Virus record (IMG/VR): IMGVR_UViG_3300012352_000233 | Span: 1 to 27,741 of that record | DNA: 27,741 nucleotides | DNA from: a virus | Lineage: Duplodnaviria; Caudoviricetes | Reading direction: 5' to 3' (one strand) | Shown: piece after piece, positions 15,961 through 22,051 of the stretch | Numbering within the stretch: the stretch's first letter is position 1 | Layout of the letters: every line of letters begins with the position of its first letter | Position numbers and translations under genes: made by a program | The notes under the pieces: model-generated | Databases searched by the model: none | What the model saw: the letters and a program-made list of their open reading frames with translations, nothing else | What the model was told of the DNA's origin: nothing

Positions 15961-16689
15961 ATGTCAAATACATTTAAGCGTACATCATTACTGGGTTTTA
16001 ATACCAATGCCAAAACTGTTAAGGGTGAGAAAATCGGATACTTTACCGGTATTCTATACTTAGCACCTAGTGATATTAGCGGCTATCAAGTTTGCCCAAT
16101 GGCGAAGCTTGCGGCTTGTGAGGCGGCTTGCTTATACACTGCAGGTAGAGGCGCATTTAATAGCATTCAACGTGCACGTATTGCGAAGACTAAAAAATTC
16201 TTTGAAGACCGTCCTAATTTTATGCTTAACTTGGTGAAGGATATTGAAGCCGGTCAACGTAAAGCCGCAAAACTTGGACAAACCCTGTTAATCCGTCTTA
16301 ACGGGACAAGCGATATTAAATGGGAAAATGTAAGCTTTACGGATTTTGACGGCGTAACATATGACAATCTAATGAGCCGCTTTCCCGACGTACAATTTTA
16401 TGACTACACTAAAGTCGCAAATAGACGTGATCTTCCAGCTAATTATGATCTTACTTTCAGCTATAGCAATGTTGTAACCTTCCACAAGTTCAACGATATT
16501 GCAATTAATCAGAATATGCGCTTGGCTGCAGTCTTCCGTTATGCCAAGGATATTCCCGATACATTCAAGGGAATGCCGGTTATTGGTGGTGATAATTCCG
16601 ACGTGCGTCACGTTGAGCCGTTGGGTCATGTTGTGGCACTGTATGCCAAAGGTAAAGCAATTAAGGATCAATCCGGGTTTGTAATCTAA
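15961..16689 (+). CDS. GP88-like Cys-motif protein (possible non-canonical radical-SAM-like fold)
   Basis: ATG 15961 after AAGGA; 'LYLAP', C-x7-C-x3-C, 'RLNGTSDI', 'FPDVQFYDYTK', 'NYDLTFSYS'. Confidence 0.6.
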   Translation: MSNTFKRTSLLGFNTNAKTVKGEKIGYFTGILYLAPSDISGYQVCPMAKLAACEAACLYTAGRGAFNSIQRARIAKTKKFFEDRPNFMLNLVKDIEAGQRKAAKLGQTLLIRLNGTSDIKWENVSFTDFDGVTYDNLMSRFPDVQFYDYTKVANRRDLPANYDLTFSYSNVVTFHKFNDIAINQNMRLAAVFRYAKDIPDTFKGMPVIGGDNSDVRHVEPLGHVVALYAKGKAIKDQSGFVI

Positions 16690-16707
16690 TTTATAAGGGG
16701 TTTAAAA

Positions 16708-17037
16708 ATGTTAGTACCGTACACTGAAAAGCAAAAAAGTCTTATTGTAAATAACCTTGTGAAAGCTTGTGATGATATTGAAAAGCTTAATGGGACTGGG
16801 TATAAGTTTATTTACCTAGCCAATGGCTTTATAGCCCACTACAATATCAACGGTTTTAAGGACTATTACAGTCGTTATGACCTTATGACGGATATTTTAG
16901 GCAATTCTACCTCTAATGAGTGGAATAATTTCCACCCTAGCGATAAGGATTATGCTTACTATCAATCTAAAAAAGATATATATTCTAGGATTGTTGCTAA
17001 GCTTCGCACAAAAACTATTAACTTATGGAATACTTAA
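16708..17037 (+). CDS. Hypothetical protein (109 aa)
   Basis: AAGGGG RBS; tiles the early operon. Confidence 0.7.
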   Translation: MLVPYTEKQKSLIVNNLVKACDDIEKLNGTGYKFIYLANGFIAHYNINGFKDYYSRYDLMTDILGNSTSNEWNNFHPSDKDYAYYQSKKDIYSRIVAKLRTKTINLWNT

Positions 17038-17047
17038 GGGGATTATT

Positions 17048-17281
17048 ATGCTAAGTTTTGTAGATAGAATTTTGAATTCTAACGGGAAAATCATGACTGT
17101 AAAATTTATAAAAAAAGATGGTTCGCTCCGGGTAATGAATTGCCGCCTAGGGGTAACTAAACACTTAAAAGGGGGCAGCAGCACGTTAAACCCTGATAAG
17201 TTTATAACAGTGTACGACCTGAAAAGCGAAGGATACCGGGCAATTGATAAGGATTCTATTTTGGACGTTAAGGGGGTTTAA
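17048..17281 (+). CDS. WYL_2/DUF2693-like SH3/Sm beta-barrel protein (77 aa)
   Basis: Start corrected (AAGGGG RBS, ATG 17048); 'VKFIKKDGSLRVM' and 'VYDLKSEGYRAI' motifs. Confidence 0.6.
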   Translation: MLSFVDRILNSNGKIMTVKFIKKDGSLRVMNCRLGVTKHLKGGSSTLNPDKFITVYDLKSEGYRAIDKDSILDVKGV

Positions 17282-17282
17282 T

Positions 17283-17570
17283 ATGAGCGAACTAGTTTAT
17301 CCGGTCAAAATTGCTAAGGCAAATAAGACTTACATTATGCGAACTATTGGGGAATGCTTAAAGCTTGGCATGACGCACTTATCAATTGAGTATAGGGGTA
17401 CGTATATTGACCTAAAATTTATCGCTCCTGAGCGCCGTTATATTGGCTTCGGAGCCATTGGGGATATTACCGGGGATAGTGTTGCAAGTGAATTAAATAC
17501 AATGTATAAAGGTATGGTACAAGCTGCACAATTTATCAATAAACATTTTACATACGTGAAAGTAGGCTAA
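17283..17570 (+). CDS. Hypothetical protein (95 aa)
   Basis: ATG 17283 after AAGGGGG; tiles the operon. Confidence 0.65.
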   Translation: MSELVYPVKIAKANKTYIMRTIGECLKLGMTHLSIEYRGTYIDLKFIAPERRYIGFGAIGDITGDSVASELNTMYKGMVQAAQFINKHFTYVKVG

Positions 17571-17571
17571 T

Positions 17572-17775
17572 ATGACAAGATCGACACTTAAGCCGCTTGG
17601 CTTGCAAGATGGTTATCTTATGAGCCAGCCTGAAGTCGCAATTGAACTGGGCATTGTCCAGCAAACAGTAAGCAAGGCGGAAAAGTCTATGATTATCAAG
17701 CTAAAAGCAGGACTGTCTAAACACGGCATAGACGAGGCTACATTCGCTCAGTTTATGAAATATTCGGGGCTATGA
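17572..17775 (+). CDS. Stand-alone sigma70 region-4-like HTH protein
   Basis: 'MSQPEVAIELGIVQQTVSKAEKSMIIKLK'. Confidence 0.65.
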   Translation: MTRSTLKPLGLQDGYLMSQPEVAIELGIVQQTVSKAEKSMIIKLKAGLSKHGIDEATFAQFMKYSGL

Positions 17776-17776
17776 T

Positions 17777-17941
17777 ATGACACTAGAGGAAATTGCAAAA
17801 GAGTTAGGATGTAGCCATCAAGCCGTATGGGAAACACAAAACAAGGCGCTCAAGAAGTTTAAACACAGGTTAGAATTACTGGGTATCACTTATGAGGATT
17901 TTGAACTATACTTGCAACACAACCAACTAAAAGGGGAGTAA
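17777..17941 (+). CDS. Second stand-alone sigma70 region-4-like HTH protein (54 aa)
   Basis: Not in the ORF track. MTLEEIAKELGCSHQAVWETQNKALKKFKHRLELLGITYEDFELYLQHNQLKGE; resembles RpoD region 4.2 (TLEEV...EAKALRKLR). Confidence 0.7.
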   Translation: MTLEEIAKELGCSHQAVWETQNKALKKFKHRLELLGITYEDFELYLQHNQLKGE

Positions 17942-17943
17942 TT

Positions 17944-18225
17944 ATGGGAATGAATATGCACGATCGTTATTATGAGCCACCAGAGGATGATTATGAGGAT
18001 ATGGATGAATATATAGAGGATTATGTCGCCTTTGAGATGCGTAAAGGTGGCGATCTTGATCCGACTGAGGAATGTAACTTCGGCGAAGCCGTAAGCGAGA
18101 TGGGTTTACCTGAAGAGCTAGAAAGCTGGGAGCAAGCAACACCAGAGCAGCAAGCAAAAGTGGTAGAATACTGGGAAAGTGTCGCACGGCACTTAGGCGA
18201 AGAATCTTATTTTGCAAACTTATAA
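17944..18225 (+). CDS. Highly acidic small protein (93 aa)
   Basis: GGGGAG RBS; 27 D/E versus 5 K/R by hand count. Confidence 0.75.
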   Translation: MGMNMHDRYYEPPEDDYEDMDEYIEDYVAFEMRKGGDLDPTEECNFGEAVSEMGLPEELESWEQATPEQQAKVVEYWESVARHLGEESYFANL

Positions 18226-18237
18226 GGATTTCACATT

Positions 18238-18423
18238 ATGAAAAATGATAACAATTACTATGTCAATGGCTTTTGGTTCGATATGTATGATGAAGCCCGC
18301 CGATATGCTGATTTTATGATGGAAGCCCAAAGGCGCTATTATGCCATCTTCACAAGGGCTGAAATAGAGGCTCATAGAGACGAATTAATCAAAGGTGAGG
18401 GTGAGGGCACACCTGAGCTGTAA
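18238..18423 (+). CDS. Hypothetical protein (61 aa)
   Basis: AAGGA RBS; tiles the operon. Confidence 0.65.
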   Translation: MKNDNNYYVNGFWFDMYDEARRYADFMMEAQRRYYAIFTRAEIEAHRDELIKGEGEGTPEL

Positions 18424-18476
18424 ACGCTAGTCCAGACCCCCTAAAAAGGGCTTTAAAATCGATTTTGGAGATGTAT

Positions 18477-18704
18477 ATGAGATGCTATTGTTGCAATAAA
18501 GCGTTGTCCGACTATGAAGCGACACGCAAAAGCGTAACTACTGGTAATTTCTTGGATATGTGTAATAAGTGTTATGGTACGATTTCTAGTGATGTTTTGG
18601 CGCTAGAGCGTACCGACTTGCGACATGATGACGATGAAGAACCCGACTATGACGAAGATTCTAACTATCTCACATTGTGGAATGGAAAGGATTGTGAAGA
18701 GTAA
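18477..18704 (+). CDS. Zinc-finger protein (CxCC...CxxC) with acidic tail
   Basis: MRCYCCNKALSDYEATRK...DMCNKCY; GGAG RBS 6 nt upstream of ATG 18477. Confidence 0.7.
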   Translation: MRCYCCNKALSDYEATRKSVTTGNFLDMCNKCYGTISSDVLALERTDLRHDDDEEPDYDEDSNYLTLWNGKDCEE

Positions 18705-18720
18705 ATTTTTGGACTATAAT
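18692..18720 (+). promoter_or_regulatory. Candidate sigma70 promoter upstream of the replication genes
   Basis: TTGTGA-17 nt-TATAAT. Confidence 0.55.
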
Positions 18721-18819
18721 CTCTTTAAAGGCTTTAACGCCTTCCAAGTCTACTTTTATAATATATTTATTAAAGTAATACTTTAAAGACTTATAGTACT
18801 CTAACTTCAAGAGGACACT

Positions 18820-18978
18820 ATGAACGAAGACAGATTCACTTCACAAAATGCTTGGTATCACTTTGTCTTGGATGACATTGTCGATGCTATCCGCTTACAT
18901 GGCTATGATCAAGTCCAAAAGGACATCATAGAGCGTTACCATCAAACACTTGCCAGCGTGGAGCATATTTATGACTAA
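18820..18978 (+). CDS. Small hypothetical protein (52 aa)
   Basis: Not in the ORF track. MNEDRFTSQNAWYHFVLDDIVDAIRLHGYDQV...; GAGGA RBS. Confidence 0.65.
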   Translation: MNEDRFTSQNAWYHFVLDDIVDAIRLHGYDQVQKDIIERYHQTLASVEHIYD

Positions 18979-19144
18979 ATTTATGGTCTATGACGAAACA
19001 GGCGACCTTATCCGCATTGTAGGACGCAGGGAAGAGGCTATCTACATGGTGTCGTTACGCCTTGGGTGGACTTTTAAGCGTCAATTAGTAGTTAAGCGTG
19101 ACGGATATAGCGAAGCGTTACTGCTTGGAGATGCTTTGATATGA
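18971..19144 (+). CDS. Small hypothetical protein (57 aa)
   Basis: ATG 18971 after GGAG; ATGA overlap with the primase-helicase start. Confidence 0.6.
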   Translation: MTKFMVYDETGDLIRIVGRREEAIYMVSLRLGWTFKRQLVVKRDGYSEALLLGDALI

Positions 19145-20724
19145 GTAGTCAATTCATCAAGCATATTCCATGCGATAAGTGCGGATCAAGCGATGGTAAC
19201 TCCATCTACACCGATAACCATCAATACTGCCATGTGTGCAATAACTACATTGACGGAGATGGTATCGAAACTAAACAGAAAGTATCACCAATGAGGAATT
19301 TTACACACTATGACAATCTTCTTAGCAACTCTCTCCCTGATCGTGGTATTACTGCGTCTACTTGCGTAGCCTATGGAGTCAAAACAGATGATACGAAGCA
19401 TTATTACCCTTACTATGACGCTGATAATAGCCTTGCTGGTCTTAAAGTTCGTACTTGTGCAGACAAGTCCTTTTCTATACAAGGTGATTGGAAAGCAACA
19501 ACTTTATTTGGACAAAACAAGTTCGCCAAAGGCGGTAGGAATGTCACCATCCATGAGGGCGAATTAGACGCTCTAGCAGGCTTTCAGATGGCTGGTAGTA
19601 AGTATCCCCATGTGAGCGTTAAAAACGGCGCCAGTGCTGCTCTAAAGGACTGTAAAGCTGCTTATGAATGGTTAGATAGCTTTGAGTCAATTGTCATCTC
19701 TTTTGATGGCGATGAAGTAGGTCAAAAAGCTGCAAATGATGTTGCTGAGTTGTTCGGTAGCAAGTGTAAGATTATTAAGCATATGGAAGGTTTTAAGGAT
19801 GCCTGCGATTATCTCAAGTACGGAAAGCAAGCGGAATATACTTCTTTATGGTGGAATGCTGAACAATGGACTCCAGATGGAATTATTGCTGGTTCAACCT
19901 TGTGGGAGGAAGTTACCAAGCCTGTCGAGAAAAGTTTGGCTCTCTATCCTTGGGATGGTGTTAATGAACTTACCTATGGCATCAGACCCGGTGAGCTCAT
20001 CACAGTTACTGCTGGATCTGGACTAGGAAAGTCTCAATTCTTGCGTGAGATCCTTTGGCATCTTCTCAAGACTGCAGACGGCAATGTCGGATGTATGTTT
20101 ATGGAAGAGTCCGTGAGCAAGACTGCTAAGTCGATTATGTCGCTATATGCCAACAAGCCATTACACTTACCAACAACTCAGGTATCACAGGAGGAATTAA
20201 AAGATGCGTTCGATAATACTTTGGGCAGCGATAGGCTTTTCTTCTGGGATAACTTCGGCTCTACTGATATTGATAATGTCATTAACCGTATCCGGTATTT
20301 TGCCAAAGCTGCTGATTGCAAGTATATCTTTCTCGATCATATTTCCATGGTGGTTAGTTCTCAAGCTAATGGTGACGAACGTAAAGCAATCGATGAGTTA
20401 ATGACTAAGTTACGTATGCTTGTACAGGAGACTGGTGTTTGCTTGATCGCTGTATCGCACCTCAAGCGTCCTGAATCTAAAGGACATGAGGAAGGCGCTG
20501 CAACATCACTGAGTCAGTTACGTGGTTCAGGCTCTATTGCCCAGCTATCGGATATTGTTATTGGACTGGTTCGTAATGCTCAGGCTGATGACGCTATCGA
20601 ACGTAACACCACTAGGGTTAGTATTCTAAAGAATCGCTTTGCTGGACTTACAAGCCCACACTGTGCTTCACTTTTGTATAACAAGGATACAGGTCGTATG
20701 ATGGAGATTCGTGATGAACTTTAA
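19141..20724 (+). CDS. T7 gp4-like DNA primase-helicase
   Basis: Zn finger CDKC...CHVC, TOPRIM 'IHEGELDA' and 'FDGD', Walker A 'AGSGLGKS', 'FLDH', 'LRGSGSIAQLSD', 'LKNR'. Confidence 0.96.
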   Translation: MSSQFIKHIPCDKCGSSDGNSIYTDNHQYCHVCNNYIDGDGIETKQKVSPMRNFTHYDNLLSNSLPDRGITASTCVAYGVKTDDTKHYYPYYDADNSLAGLKVRTCADKSFSIQGDWKATTLFGQNKFAKGGRNVTIHEGELDALAGFQMAGSKYPHVSVKNGASAALKDCKAAYEWLDSFESIVISFDGDEVGQKAANDVAELFGSKCKIIKHMEGFKDACDYLKYGKQAEYTSLWWNAEQWTPDGIIAGSTLWEEVTKPVEKSLALYPWDGVNELTYGIRPGELITVTAGSGLGKSQFLREILWHLLKTADGNVGCMFMEESVSKTAKSIMSLYANKPLHLPTTQVSQEELKDAFDNTLGSDRLFFWDNFGSTDIDNVINRIRYFAKAADCKYIFLDHISMVVSSQANGDERKAIDELMTKLRMLVQETGVCLIAVSHLKRPESKGHEEGAATSLSQLRGSGSIAQLSDIVIGLVRNAQADDAIERNTTRVSILKNRFAGLTSPHCASLLYNKDTGRMMEIRDEL

Positions 20725-20935
20725 AACTATACTATGCGTAGGCTTTTGTGTCTTTATCGGAGCAATGGGAATGCGTGTGTACTATGACATTCAATTCCTA
20801 GACTGCCACGACTTTAGCACCAAGCACACTATCTGGAAAGGTTTTCTCGCTAAAGACAATGACGGTGAAGTACGATGCTTTTGGCTTGAACAAGCTTATC
20901 CCAATCGAATTAGACAAGGAGTCCCAGTATTATGA
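20714..20935 (+). CDS. Small membrane-anchored hypothetical protein
   Basis: N-terminal hydrophobic helix; GGAG RBS inside the helicase 3' end; start 20711 (GTG) or 20714 (ATG). Confidence 0.6.
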   Translation: MNFKTILCVGFCVFIGAMGMRVYYDIQFLDCHDFSTKHTIWKGFLAKDNDGEVRCFWLEQAYPNRIRQGVPVL

Positions 20936-21072
20936 GTAAGCAGTTTGAATTTTTAGATGTGATTGAGCAGTATGTGAAGATGGAGCAGTATTTTAAACAA
21001 CACGCTCCAATGGAGTATATGGCTTACAGGAATACTTATGGTTTGGAAATGCCCACCACTGCACCTGCCTAA
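20932..21072 (+). CDS. Small hypothetical protein (46 aa)
   Basis: Not in the ORF track. MSKQFEFLDVIEQYVKMEQYFKQHAPME...; AAGGAG upstream; ATGA overlap. Confidence 0.55.
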   Translation: MSKQFEFLDVIEQYVKMEQYFKQHAPMEYMAYRNTYGLEMPTTAPA

Positions 21073-21262
21073 CTGGAATAACTTATGGAAATGGAAAACA
21101 GATATGGTAAAGTCTCCGTGTGTTGGAAAGTGTAACTATAATCCTGCACTTGAAGTATGCAACGATTGCAGTAGAACTAAAGAAGAAATCAGTAAATGGT
21201 ATGTTATGACTGATGATGAGAAACTCGATGTACTAGAAAGATTATTAAAGGAAAAACTATGA
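21038..21262 (+). CDS. DUF1289/YdhL-like four-cysteine protein
   Basis: 'SPCVGKC...VCNDCSRTKEEISKW..M...EK..VL'; start may be the later Met (MVKSP). Confidence 0.75.
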   Translation: MVWKCPPLHLPNWNNLWKWKTDMVKSPCVGKCNYNPALEVCNDCSRTKEEISKWYVMTDDEKLDVLERLLKEKL

Positions 21263-21420
21263 CACTATCAGATTTAATTGAAGCTCTTGACCAGCGTTAC
21301 GGTAATCCGTACGCAGCTAAAGAATACGGCTTGGTTCAAGAAGCTATTTCTAAACTAAAACAATATGAAGCGGTACTTGACTTGAAAGGATCTAAAGATG
21401 AAGATTGCAACGGTAAGTAG
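21259..21420 (+). CDS. Small hypothetical protein (53 aa)
   Basis: Not in the ORF track. MTLSDLIEALDQRYGNPYAAKEYGLVQEAISKLKQYE...; AAGGA RBS; ATGA overlap. Confidence 0.6.
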   Translation: MTLSDLIEALDQRYGNPYAAKEYGLVQEAISKLKQYEAVLDLKGSKDEDCNGK

Positions 21421-21703
21421 TTTATTGTTTTTAGTAGCTGGAGTAGCTAATGCTCAAGTGCCTTATGCAGATAGCGTCTACAACTATAAGAACAGTGCTG
21501 CAAATTACGCTAACTCGTCAGCTAATTACGACAACAGTCCTTATAATTACAAGAACTCCCAGTACAACTACAACAGCACTAACGGAGTGTATGACAGTAA
21601 CGGGAATCGTGTAGGTTATAAAACACGTACTGATGAAGGTGTAACGAATTATTACGATAACTATGGAACTAGAAAAGGATATAGCACAAATGGACAAGAC
21701 TGA
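21398..21703 (+). CDS. Secreted Asn/Tyr-rich repeat protein
   Basis: Sec signal peptide ending ANA-Q; tandem NYxNSxx heptads; AAGGA RBS. Confidence 0.75.
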   Translation: MKIATVSSLLFLVAGVANAQVPYADSVYNYKNSAANYANSSANYDNSPYNYKNSQYNYNSTNGVYDSNGNRVGYKTRTDEGVTNYYDNYGTRKGYSTNGQD

Positions 21704-21857
21704 GATTGCAGTACAGATTTTTAAACTCATGATTGAGAAAGACTGGAACTTTCCATTCGATGCAGAACTAGCTGAGTCACAAGCAGACCAGTGGGACTTT
21801 GCTGCAACGCAACGTGCATTGAAACTCGCAGCTATGTTGATGGAACAGAAGCAGTGA
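21690..21857 (+). CDS. Hypothetical protein (55 aa)
   Basis: ATG 21690 after AAGGA; stop overlaps the next GTG start. Confidence 0.55.
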   Translation: MDKTEIAVQIFKLMIEKDWNFPFDAELAESQADQWDFAATQRALKLAAMLMEQKQ

Positions 21858-22051
21858 AGTGGACAGGTACAATCCTTTGTTTGATTGGTATTGGATTAAC
21901 CAGTCTAAACATCTACCCGATGAACATCTTCTTTGGGTTTGTCGGTAGTTTGTTGTGGTCTATTGCCGGACTGCGTCAAAAGGATTATGCCTTGTTCGTT
22001 GTCGAGTTTGTAGCAGTCTTGATGTATTTATATGGTATAATGATTCTATGA
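21854..22051 (+). CDS. Small three-TM membrane protein (half-PnuC/SemiSWEET-like architecture)
   Basis: GTG start overlapping the previous TGA; three hydrophobic helices in 65 aa. Confidence 0.6.
   Translation: MKWTGTILCLIGIGLTSLNIYPMNIFFGFVGSLLWSIAGLRQKDYALFVVEFVAVLMYLYGIMIL

Noticed and set aside
18436-18456. Terminator-like CCCT-AAAA-AGGG followed by CTTT
   Set aside because: Stem of only 4 bp and a short U-tract; too weak to call.
21955-22047. Longer polymerase N-terminus given by the ORF track
   Set aside because: Overlaps the three-TM gene; the ExoI motif begins right after ATG 22048.
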